Origin: a virus
IMG/VR virus record: IMGVR_UViG_3300024581_003792
Coordinates: 191,006 to 213,830 of that record
Direction: 5' to 3' (one strand)
Length of the DNA stretch: 22,825 bases
Shown here: positions 7,721-15,177 of the stretch, in pieces
How positions within the stretch are numbered: position 1 is the stretch's first letter
Layout: every line of letters begins with the position of its first letter
Translations under genes and position numbers: made by a program
Notes under the pieces: generated by a model
Told to the model about the DNA's origin: nothing
What the model saw: only the letters and a program-made list of their open reading frames with translations
Database searches by the model: none

Positions 7721-7950
7721 TTGTTTAATTTCTCGTAAATCTTGTGGATGTCTTGCCTTCTGTCTTCTAGTAATTTAGATGTTTGATCCCATCTTTCTGC
7801 ATCTCTAGCGCCATTTTTTGCTAAACTTACCTCTATTTCTCTTAATTTATTAGAAACTTTTTCGATTTTTATACTCTCTCGTTTCAAATAAAAAGCTATA
7901 ATTGATACCATAGCCCCTATCCCCAATAAAACTATTTTTTCTATCTCCAT
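7717..7950 (-). CDS. N-terminal TM + coiled-coil membrane protein (77 aa)
   Basis: MEIEKIVLLGIGAMVSIIAFYLKRE then a heptad-rich tail; ATG directly follows the GTGTA-N9 motif. Confidence 0.7.
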   Translation of the reverse strand: MEIEKIVLLGIGAMVSIIAFYLKRESIKIEKVSNKLREIEVSLAKNGARDAERWDQTSKLLEDRRQDIHKIYEKLNK

Positions 7951-7965
7951 ACTAATAAATACACA
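7951..7965 (-). promoter_or_regulatory. TGTGTA-N9-ATG motif, candidate second-class promoter
   Basis: - strand reads TGTGTATTTATTAGT then ATG. Confidence 0.5.
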
Positions 7966-7972
7966 TAAAGAC

Positions 7973-8001
7973 TTGACAAGAGTTTCTTTATAAGTTAAAG
8001 T
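7973..8001 (+). promoter_or_regulatory. sigma70-type promoter, leaderless
   Basis: TTGACA-N17-TAAAGT; ATG 6 nt downstream (8008). Confidence 0.8.
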
Positions 8002-8007
8002 GCAATC

Positions 8008-9018
8008 ATGACACAAATACTAGGACTAACTTGCATAAGTGAAATACTAAAAGAAAAGGATAAAACAAAATATTCTTTTCGCACAATGACTCGCAAAAGA
8101 TTTAATGACTTGTGTAACCAAGAAGGTAGAGATGAAGCAGTTAATCAATTATCTGAGAGAATTTTGCACAATGTTATTGTTACTCAATATATTGTCAATC
8201 ATTGTCATTCCTCAAATATTAGGCATTATCGTCTTAGTTCTGCTCTTTTCCCTCTCCTTACCGACCAAACTTTGGAAATTTCTCTTGAAGATTTGCCTCA
8301 CAAAGCTAGAATCGAACAAGAACTAAAGTTAGTAGGTTTAATTGCTGAAAAGTTTGATATATCAATCGGCTCTCATCCCGATCAATTTAATGTTCTCGCA
8401 TCTCCCGATAGAGACAAAGTTAATCGCACTATAAACGAACTTAATTTTCAAGCAAGTGTTCTTGACATGATTGGCTTGCCCCAAGATCATACTGCTCCAA
8501 TGAATATTCATATTAATTATTCACCAAAAGAAGACGAAACACTAGAAGTTGTTGCTACTAGATTTTTTCGCAATCTTTCTATGTGCGACAAAGGTGTTTA
8601 CAAGCGTCTTACTATCGAAAACGAAGACAAAGGTTTCTTTAATGTAGATAATTGCATTAAATTTAGCGACTATTTGTTTGAAACATTCGGTGCGAATATT
8701 CCTGTTTGCTATGACAATCTCCATGATTTTTGTAATCCATCAGAAGATCATAATGTTACATTCCAAGCAGAGCGTTGTGCTTATACATGGGTTAACCAAG
8801 GAGAAGGTGAGCATAACTTTCTTGCCCCTGTCTTCCATTGGTCAGAAGGTACGCCCGAAAAACCTCGTTCTCATGCGGATTATTTTGCTCTAGGTAATAC
8901 TCCACCTGTGATTGCGATTGAACCAAATAAACAAGTAAAGTGGGAATGTGAAGTTAAGCAAAAAGATAAAGCTATCCAAGTTTTGAGAAATAATCTAGCA
9001 GGGAAAATAAATGGGTAA
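8008..9018 (+). CDS. uvsE: UV DNA damage endonuclease UvsE/UvdE
   Basis: YRLSS.LFP, HPDQF.VL.S, NIH, RLTIENED, D.LH, HWSE, HADY and E.K.KD.A motifs. Confidence 0.92.
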   Translation: MTQILGLTCISEILKEKDKTKYSFRTMTRKRFNDLCNQEGRDEAVNQLSERILHNVIVTQYIVNHCHSSNIRHYRLSSALFPLLTDQTLEISLEDLPHKARIEQELKLVGLIAEKFDISIGSHPDQFNVLASPDRDKVNRTINELNFQASVLDMIGLPQDHTAPMNIHINYSPKEDETLEVVATRFFRNLSMCDKGVYKRLTIENEDKGFFNVDNCIKFSDYLFETFGANIPVCYDNLHDFCNPSEDHNVTFQAERCAYTWVNQGEGEHNFLAPVFHWSEGTPEKPRSHADYFALGNTPPVIAIEPNKQVKWECEVKQKDKAIQVLRNNLAGKING

Positions 9019-9496
9019 TATTCAAATAATAGATGGTAATCTTCTTGATTTCCCTAATGAAATAGATTTTATCGCTCACTCTTGCAATACTCATAATGTT
9101 ATGGGTGCAGGAATTGCTAGGGAAATAAAATATCGCTACCCTAATGCTTACTCTGCCGATTGTCATGCAATGATGGAAGGCGACAATGTTTTGGGTAATT
9201 TTAGTTTTGCGGTGACTGATGCTACCCAAAATAAAGGTATATTTAATATGTATACGCAAGATAAGATTGGGGGCGAAAGAGCAGTTAATTACGAAGCATT
9301 TTATACCGCACTAGAAAATGTCGCAAATTATATTGAATGGCAAAGTAAACATGAATGCGAGAAAAAAGTTCTAGGACTACCCTTTGGTATTTCTTGTGGA
9401 CTCGCAGGGGGTAGTTGGAATGTAATTTTTTCTATGATAAATGATATTTTGATTGACAGAAAATTTAAAACCTATATAGTTAGATACCATGAATAG
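9011..9496 (+). CDS. Macrodomain protein (TARG1/Poa1/DarG-like ADP-ribose hydrolase)
   Basis: IIDGNLL, IAHSCN...MGAGIA and P..I.CGLAGGSW motifs. Confidence 0.88.
   Translation: MGNIQIIDGNLLDFPNEIDFIAHSCNTHNVMGAGIAREIKYRYPNAYSADCHAMMEGDNVLGNFSFAVTDATQNKGIFNMYTQDKIGGERAVNYEAFYTALENVANYIEWQSKHECEKKVLGLPFGISCGLAGGSWNVIFSMINDILIDRKFKTYIVRYHE
9453..9480 (+). promoter_or_regulatory. sigma70-type promoter embedded in macrodomain 3' end
   Basis: TTGACA-N16-TATAGT; ATG 8 nt downstream (9489). Confidence 0.65.
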
Positions 9497-9722
9497 ATTT
9501 GATTTAGAAGATGCGATGAGTGACCTTCACCAAATAGGTGAAGATATAGAAACAATCATATATGCCATTGGGGATTCTCCTATTAAGCATACTGAAGACC
9601 AACTATTAAATATGTTGATTGGCATGAAGCAAATGCACGAAACTCGTTATCAAAAAATGTGGAATATTTTTGAGTGTTTAATTAAAAAAGGGATTATCTC
9701 AAATAAAGAGGAGGTTAAATAA
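9489..9722 (+). CDS. Hypothetical phage protein
   Basis: MNRFDLE...N.LIG......R...W..FE; overlapping operon. Confidence 0.75.
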   Translation: MNRFDLEDAMSDLHQIGEDIETIIYAIGDSPIKHTEDQLLNMLIGMKQMHETRYQKMWNIFECLIKKGIISNKEEVK

Positions 9723-10060
9723 TGTTACTAGAAATAGATAAAGAAGTAGAGTTAAAAATTATTGATCTTGCGCTAACTCATATCAAGAAAGTCGAGGCTA
9801 ATCCCGATGTGGTGACTGATGGAGATAATTTCGATTATTGGAATAGTTGTCCATTGAGTGATGGTACATTTATTGATTATAATATTCATGAGTCAAACTT
9901 AGGTACAGCTTCGGATGAAGAGGGTTATGTGAACGAATGGCATTGCTCTGCGTATCATGTTGATCCACCAAGCGAAGAAAGGGGTTACCATCAAATTAAT
10001 ACTGACATTGAGAAATATATTTTTACATACATAGATGGAGAAATAACATACATAGATTAA
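9722..10060 (+). CDS. Hypothetical acidic protein
   Basis: TAATG overlap with the upstream stop; GGAGG Shine-Dalgarno upstream. Confidence 0.75.
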   Translation: MLLEIDKEVELKIIDLALTHIKKVEANPDVVTDGDNFDYWNSCPLSDGTFIDYNIHESNLGTASDEEGYVNEWHCSAYHVDPPSEERGYHQINTDIEKYIFTYIDGEITYID

Positions 10061-10065
10061 TTTAG

Positions 10066-10326
10066 ATGAAATTTTTTATTAAATATTTATTGATTACAAC
10101 CTTGGTGATTTGGTTATTGGTTTTAATGAGTTGCGCGCAAAATAAACAAGCGTCCACATTACACAATTATCCATATTTTGAAGGAATGGATTGTCCGCAA
10201 GAGTTTTCTATTAAGAACGAAGAGAATTTGAGGGCGCAAGCTAAAGCGCTTAATATGAGATATGTTGATTACTTACATCAGGTTAATGCTAGAAAAATTG
10301 AAGCGACTTTTGTGTTGGACAAGTGA
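10066..10326 (+). CDS. Putative lipoprotein
   Basis: Hydrophobic N-terminus ending in LMSC. Confidence 0.6.
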   Translation: MKFFIKYLLITTLVIWLLVLMSCAQNKQASTLHNYPYFEGMDCPQEFSIKNEENLRAQAKALNMRYVDYLHQVNARKIEATFVLDK

Positions 10327-10394
10327 ACGATTGGTTGGCTTTTTTACTTATAATAATTATATTATTATTGAGCTTTTGGTTGTTTTTTTCTTGA
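10323..10394 (+). CDS. Single-TM microprotein (23 aa, not in ORF track)
   Basis: GTGA overlap; MNDWLAFLLIIIILLLSFWLFFS; its stop lies in the next -35 box. Confidence 0.5.
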   Translation: MNDWLAFLLIIIILLLSFWLFFS

Positions 10395-10419
10395 CTACCA
10401 TTATGGTGCTTGCTAATAT
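10391..10419 (+). promoter_or_regulatory. sigma70-type promoter, leaderless
   Basis: TTGACT-N17-TAATAT with extended TG; ATG 7 nt downstream. Confidence 0.75.
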
Positions 10420-10426
10420 ATAGATT

Positions 10427-11455
10427 ATGAATATATCTGAAGAATTACTAAACAACATTATACCTAACTTCTCTAATATCAAAACAAATATAGTTGATAC
10501 TATGCTCGATGGGAATGAGGTTAAGGTTTTCGGCAAACGAACAATTCCGTTAAATGCAACTGATTTAACTTCAAATCTATCAGAGCGTGATAGGCAAGAA
10601 TGTTATGCTTCGGGAGTGGACACTATTTCAAAATGGTTTCACGATCAACATGGGGCTGTGTATTCAATTCGCCCTAGCATTTTTAAAGCTCTTGAGTCAA
10701 TTGAGGTAAAAGATTATACTTTGAAGGATTCGTTTATGATGACTAATTCAATTTATTTTGACTTTGAACAAGGGGAATGTAAATCCGCTATGATTCAAAG
10801 GCTCAATCGTGCAGATGTTTTGAATTTCATTGATACTTTTCATTTTACTCCCGATTTCCATATTGATATGCAAGTCGCTCGACAAGAAATACAAAAAGAA
10901 TGTCCTGACTTTTTTCTGTATTCTATATTTAAAGACGGCAAAGTTTCAAGAGGTTTTTTACCTGCTTACGGCACTCTTTCTGATGCTTATCGCAAATTTG
11001 CAGATTTAAACTCCGATGATTATATTACTATTATGCCTTGGCAAAACGCACTTGGCATTGTTGAAACTTGTTTTAGAATATTAGCTTTTACGAGTGTTCC
11101 ATATCTCAAGCCTACCAAATTAAGTAATAAGGACAAAAAGAAAATTCGCTCAAAAATTTCCAAAGATTATTTAAAGCCAAATACTCAATCGTTTCGAGTT
11201 TGTTGCTTGCCTCTCTTGCGTGAATTGCGTGAACAACATAAAAATAGATCATCGAAAAATAAAATAGAATTAAAAAATGGAAGAATTGGTCATGTGCGAG
11301 TGCTACAACATGATTGTTTTACAAATAAACAAGGGCAAGCAATTATGGTAAAGCCTGTCTTGGATCAACATGGAAATTTGCCTAAGCGAGTTTTTAGGGT
11401 AGAATCTCCACCAAAAGGTAGCAAACCTTTAGATAAAATAATGCTTGACAATTAA
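10427..11455 (+). CDS. Hypothetical protein (342 aa, basic C-terminus with R.GH.R motif)
   Basis: Long ORF; C-terminal GRIGHVR resembles a recurring RxGHxR motif of uncharacterised phage proteins. Confidence 0.8.
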   Translation: MNISEELLNNIIPNFSNIKTNIVDTMLDGNEVKVFGKRTIPLNATDLTSNLSERDRQECYASGVDTISKWFHDQHGAVYSIRPSIFKALESIEVKDYTLKDSFMMTNSIYFDFEQGECKSAMIQRLNRADVLNFIDTFHFTPDFHIDMQVARQEIQKECPDFFLYSIFKDGKVSRGFLPAYGTLSDAYRKFADLNSDDYITIMPWQNALGIVETCFRILAFTSVPYLKPTKLSNKDKKKIRSKISKDYLKPNTQSFRVCCLPLLRELREQHKNRSSKNKIELKNGRIGHVRVLQHDCFTNKQGQAIMVKPVLDQHGNLPKRVFRVESPPKGSKPLDKIMLDN

Positions 11456-11479
11456 TTGATTTTAATATTGAATAGTCTT

Positions 11480-12055
11480 ATGAGCGGAGAAGGATTATTA
11501 GTAAGTTTTAGAAGAACGAAAGCGACTACAAAGTCTAATGGCGAACTCCTTGAAGAGTTCCAAAAGATTATTTATAATAGTCGAGTCATGAAGCACATGA
11601 AGTGGTACGGCAAAGCCCACAGCGTTGACATACTAGAGCATGGTGACGATAATCGACCAAAGTTTCAACAAGAATATGTCGCAATCAAAGATACTTTTCA
11701 ATTTGAAATTAGCGTCTATGAGTCTTGGTATGAAGATGCTGATCTTTATGAGTCGCATGAAGTAGAAGATAGTTTCGTCTCTCTTGCTAGAAAATTTGCA
11801 AACGAAAATGCTCTTATGTATTTCCCTAATGGTTTTCCTGCCGAATGGATAGAGCAAGAAATAATTGATGGAGAAAAACATTGGAATCATTATAATGTAA
11901 AACCCGATGATAAAAATATTGACAAAATATGCGATGTGTGGCATCATTATGGAATAATGAAACTACAAGCATTTGACGAAGAACTTGAATCTCAACTTTT
12001 GGACGAGGCTCAAGAAAAAATCAAACAATTAATGGAGCATGAATATGCAAGGTAA
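11480..12055 (+). CDS. Hypothetical protein (start 11480 or 11588)
   Basis: Both in-frame ATGs follow promoter-like sequences. Confidence 0.7.
   Translation: MSGEGLLVSFRRTKATTKSNGELLEEFQKIIYNSRVMKHMKWYGKAHSVDILEHGDDNRPKFQQEYVAIKDTFQFEISVYESWYEDADLYESHEVEDSFVSLARKFANENALMYFPNGFPAEWIEQEIIDGEKHWNHYNVKPDDKNIDKICDVWHHYGIMKLQAFDEELESQLLDEAQEKIKQLMEHEYAR
11550..11578 (+). promoter_or_regulatory. sigma70-type promoter
   Basis: TTGAAG-N17-TATAAT; in-frame ATG 9 nt downstream (11588). Confidence 0.55.
12016..12045 (+). repeat. Direct repeat copy 1 (30 nt)
   Basis: AAAAATCAAACAATTAATGGAGCATGAATA; 27/30 identical to 12656-12685. Confidence 0.85.
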
Positions 12056-12677
12056 TATAGCATCAAGCGAAGATGTGACAATACAAAAACTCGGAGAAAG
12101 TTTGGACAAGCTACAAGAGAGTCTAGGTTATGATAATATCTATTGCCTAATTGATAGATATGGCATAGGTTATGTTGGTGAAACTAGGAAAAATTCAGAT
12201 TATGCTGAACATTTTTTAAATAAAAAACGCTCTCTTGTAAGGTATGGATATACTTACGATAAAAGACTATCTACCATGATGAATGGATCAGAGTTTAAAA
12301 AAATTATTTTAAAGAAATCTTTAATTAAATCTTTTGAATTTGATGACATGAATAATTCATTGCGCATAGAAGGCTCAAACGATACTTATATAACTTATAA
12401 TGGGCATGAAGCGCTTGGAGATTTAGATTACTTTAGTAGCGATAAGGATTTGTGGTGTTGGAAATTTGAGCAAATTGGACTATCAACAGCCAATTATATT
12501 GGCATGACATTAAGAAACAAAAAGAATGCAACAAGTTCATATTCTCTAAACGAACTAAATGACCTCATATCTCTTCCATTTCTTTTTGAAATTACAAAAA
12601 AAAGCTATTACAAGAATAGAGAGCTTGAAATTAGCAGATTGCGACTTCTCGAAACAAAAATCAAACAATTAATGTAA
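12039..12677 (+). CDS. Hypothetical protein flanked by direct repeats
   Basis: 212-aa ORF whose start codon lies in repeat 1 and stop codon in repeat 2. Confidence 0.75.
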   Translation: MNMQGNIASSEDVTIQKLGESLDKLQESLGYDNIYCLIDRYGIGYVGETRKNSDYAEHFLNKKRSLVRYGYTYDKRLSTMMNGSEFKKIILKKSLIKSFEFDDMNNSLRIEGSNDTYITYNGHEALGDLDYFSSDKDLWCWKFEQIGLSTANYIGMTLRNKKNATSSYSLNELNDLISLPFLFEITKKSYYKNRELEISRLRLLETKIKQLM

Positions 12678-12685
12678 CATGAACA
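12656..12685 (+). repeat. Direct repeat copy 2 (30 nt)
   Basis: AAAAATCAAACAATTAATGTAACATGAACA. Confidence 0.85.
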
Positions 12686-12858
12686 CATTCAGTAATCAAA
12701 AATCACAAAAATATATTTTACTTGACAAAAACTTAAAGCCTAGTTATGCTAAAATTCAATCTGTTTTTTTAACAGAGGAAGAAGCGCAAACTAAAAATTT
12801 TGCATTTAAAATGAATCGGGCAAATAAACAATATGTATTAGAAAAGGATTGGAAATGA
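12679..12858 (+). CDS. Hypothetical protein (59 aa, not in ORF track), paralog of 15174..15350
   Basis: MNTFSNQKSQKYILLD...FLTEEEAQTKNFAFKMNRANKQYVLEKDWK; ATGA overlap with the next gene. Confidence 0.75.
   Translation: MNTFSNQKSQKYILLDKNLKPSYAKIQSVFLTEEEAQTKNFAFKMNRANKQYVLEKDWK
12722..12750 (+). promoter_or_regulatory. sigma70-type promoter embedded in CDS
   Basis: TTGACA-N17-TATGCT. Confidence 0.7.
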
Positions 12859-13127
12859 AGGTAGATAGTTGGTTAACAATTAGACAAGAAGATGATACAG
12901 ATGATTGGTCTGCACCAATTATGTGGTTAGATGATATGTCTGAAGATAATCTTTGGCAAGAAGATGATATGAATATTGATTGGGTAGAAGAGATGGACAA
13001 AGAAGGTGCTCCAATTTTAGAAGATGATCATCTTTGCAGAGATATTTGTATTGAAGTAACTTGTCCATCGAAAGGTTGGAACAAAAGAAGGGCGGTTGGC
13101 TACAACATAGATATGGAATGGAACTAA
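12855..13127 (+). CDS. Highly acidic hypothetical protein with internal repeat
   Basis: 25 Asp/Glu in 90 aa; QEDD...W...API occurs twice. Confidence 0.75.
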   Translation: MKVDSWLTIRQEDDTDDWSAPIMWLDDMSEDNLWQEDDMNIDWVEEMDKEGAPILEDDHLCRDICIEVTCPSKGWNKRRAVGYNIDMEWN

Positions 13128-13129
13128 TA

Positions 13130-13603
13130 ATGAAGAAAAAAAAATTAGATCAAAATTCTAAAAACCAAATATCTTTACTTAAAACCAAAAGACATAGCAT
13201 TGATTTAGAAATACAAAAAGTCAAGCTAAAATATAATAAAAAAATACAAAAACTAGCTACTAAAAAGTATGACATTAATAATCAGATTGAAAGTATCAAA
13301 AACTTCAAACCTTTGATTCCAATAGATGATAGAAATAATCTATCAGTTTGTGAAGTTGCAATGTATATGGGCAAAGGTCATATTAGTCCCCAAGGTCAAG
13401 CTAAATATGTAAAGCGTAAACTTAAAGGTGTTCGACCATTAGGTTTAGAAGGAAAAGATTACCGAAAAATAAAAGCCACTCAAAGCCATGTCAACGATCA
13501 AACTGCTGATTATGTAGGGCAAGAAATCTATACATTCATTCAATCAAGAACTCGGTTTTCATCAAGTTTGGTAAAAAAAGGATTGACAAGCGCAGGGCGG
13601 TAG
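13130..13603 (+). CDS. Basic coiled-coil hypothetical protein
   Basis: ATG 2 nt after the upstream stop is preferred over TTG 13061; Lys-rich. Confidence 0.7.
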   Translation: MKKKKLDQNSKNQISLLKTKRHSIDLEIQKVKLKYNKKIQKLATKKYDINNQIESIKNFKPLIPIDDRNNLSVCEVAMYMGKGHISPQGQAKYVKRKLKGVRPLGLEGKDYRKIKATQSHVNDQTADYVGQEIYTFIQSRTRFSSSLVKKGLTSAGR

Positions 13604-13611
13604 GTTATGAT
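13583..13611 (+). promoter_or_regulatory. sigma70-type promoter overlapping upstream gene end
   Basis: TTGACA-N17-TATGAT. Confidence 0.8.
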
Positions 13612-13634
13612 ATACACTTTTATTAAAACTAATT

Positions 13635-13976
13635 ATGAAAATATCAATCACAACAGACAATAAAGTATTTAGCGTTGAAGATGAATATGGATTCGACTGC
13701 TCGACCATTCATGATGCGGTGGAAATGTTCAAGGGTTTACTTGTATGCGCAGGATTTCACCCTAGTAATGTAGACGATGCTTTTAATACCGAATATACAT
13801 GGTTCACAGAAGAAGAAAGAAACGATAATATGCAAGGTCATCTAAATGGATCAAATAAAATCGTAAATAATTGGCACAAAGAATGCCAAGCGGGTGATGA
13901 AGATAAAAAGAAAGTACAAGAGTGGCAAAATAATTTATTCAAACAAGACGATGAAGATAATGACTATGTTTTTTAA
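13635..13976 (+). CDS. Hypothetical protein
   Basis: ORF downstream of a promoter; MFKGLL..AGFHP..V motif. Confidence 0.75.
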   Translation: MKISITTDNKVFSVEDEYGFDCSTIHDAVEMFKGLLVCAGFHPSNVDDAFNTEYTWFTEEERNDNMQGHLNGSNKIVNNWHKECQAGDEDKKKVQEWQNNLFKQDDEDNDYVF

Positions 13977-13978
13977 TT

Positions 13979-14242
13979 ATGAATTTATTTAAAATATTTT
14001 CTGATTTTATCGGTGTTGTTTTGTTGGCGCTTTTATTATTGGCGCTAATAATTTTCTTATGCTCTTGTAAGCCTCAAGCGTCTATGTATCATATTTATTT
14101 AGAGCATGATCCAAGAGAGCCATTGTATAGCACTTCCTCACTAAAGGATGCGCAAGAATACTATGAATACTACAAACCATTTCATTCAGATATGTACATA
14201 CAAACTACTGAACAAGAAAATAATTTAGTAATTTTAAAATGA
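13979..14242 (+). CDS. Putative lipoprotein/membrane protein
   Basis: Long hydrophobic N-terminus ending in LCSC. Confidence 0.65.
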   Translation: MNLFKIFSDFIGVVLLALLLLALIIFLCSCKPQASMYHIYLEHDPREPLYSTSSLKDAQEYYEYYKPFHSDMYIQTTEQENNLVILK

Positions 14243-14439
14243 TACAAATAGAAGACGCAAATAATGAGAGCTATCACATTAATCCAAAAAATGTGGTATA
14301 TGTTAAAGCTAGACATGATCCTGTTAAAGGCGAAAAATGGTGGAAGATCACTTTCGTTAATGGTGAGCAATTGCATACTCGCAACGAGGCAGGAGTTGCA
14401 TCTATTATTAACTCTATCAAAGTAAAAGTCAGAGTATAA
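14239..14439 (+). CDS. Hypothetical protein
   Basis: ATGA overlap; beta-rich with INP..V.YV. Confidence 0.7.
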   Translation: MIQIEDANNESYHINPKNVVYVKARHDPVKGEKWWKITFVNGEQLHTRNEAGVASIINSIKVKVRV

Positions 14440-14522
14440 TGGATTTTTTGCTTGCCATAGTTGTTGGTGTTGTGCTATTATGTATATCAATCAATAACCT
14501 GCTAAATAACGATAGAAAATGA
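14439..14522 (+). CDS. Single-TM microprotein (27 aa, not in ORF track)
   Basis: TAATG overlap upstream and ATGA overlap downstream; MDFLLAIVVGVVLLCISINNLLNNDRK. Confidence 0.6.
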   Translation: MDFLLAIVVGVVLLCISINNLLNNDRK

Positions 14523-14809
14523 GACAATACGAAATAGAATTACAAGAAACTGCTGAAGGTGAATTATTCTTTCGCATACCTGATGATGCCCTTACTCGAC
14601 TAGGTTGGCAAGAGGGCGATGATTTAAAGTTTGAGGAAAGGGATGGCGCAGTCTTGATTCGCAAGATTAAATACGAAAGCGTTGAATTAGAATTTGACGA
14701 TGAAGAGCTTCTTAAATACATGAAATTTGCGCATGATTCAGGAATTACATTTAATCAACTTTGCGAAGATGCAATTAAAGCGCAATTAGATGAAACTGAT
14801 TCTAAGTAA
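14519..14809 (+). CDS. AbrB/MazE/SpoVT-like DNA-binding protein with C-terminal extension
   Basis: GELFFRIPDDAL.RLGWQEGD.L.F matches the AbrB fold; the C-terminal AH..GITFNQ region is ribbon-helix-helix-like. Confidence 0.75.
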   Translation: MRQYEIELQETAEGELFFRIPDDALTRLGWQEGDDLKFEERDGAVLIRKIKYESVELEFDDEELLKYMKFAHDSGITFNQLCEDAIKAQLDETDSK

Positions 14810-15002
14810 AATATTATATATTATTGGCGACTGCATAAGTAAATTATTTTATTATAGATTCTTTAGATGTTTATCGGGATTTATTTATCCTGTTTATAGT
14901 TGGGTGATGATTTTGAGTTCTGATCTTGACAAATATGGAAAAATATGGAAGATAGTAAAGAAAAGAAAATTACATGAACGAACAAATGACAGAAGAGATT
15001 AA
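14790..15002 (+). CDS. Hypothetical hydrophobic protein
   Basis: Overlapping operon; aromatic and hydrophobic core. Confidence 0.6.
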   Translation: MKLILSKILYIIGDCISKLFYYRFFRCLSGFIYPVYSWVMILSSDLDKYGKIWKIVKKRKLHERTNDRRD

Positions 15003-15177
15003 TTATCGTAGAGGTTACGATAAAGGTTGGGCAGATGCACAAGAATATCTCGCCAAAAAATTTGAAAAAATATTATCAAAAAATTCACATCAATCTTATG
15101 ACAAGGGTTATGAAGATGGTGCAAATCAAAAAGATAATAAACCTTGCGTGTGTGGATTTTGGGAAGACAAAAAATGA
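14974..15177 (+). CDS. Hypothetical protein with Y..GY..G repeats
   Basis: YRRGYDKGW and YDKGYEDG. Confidence 0.7.
   Translation: MNEQMTEEINYRRGYDKGWADAQEYLAKKFEKILSKNSHQSYDKGYEDGANQKDNKPCVCGFWEDKK

Noticed and set aside
13604-13618. Additional GTGTA on the - strand
   Set aside because: Poorer match to the downstream pattern and no following ATG or ORF; other GTGTA hits lie inside genes.
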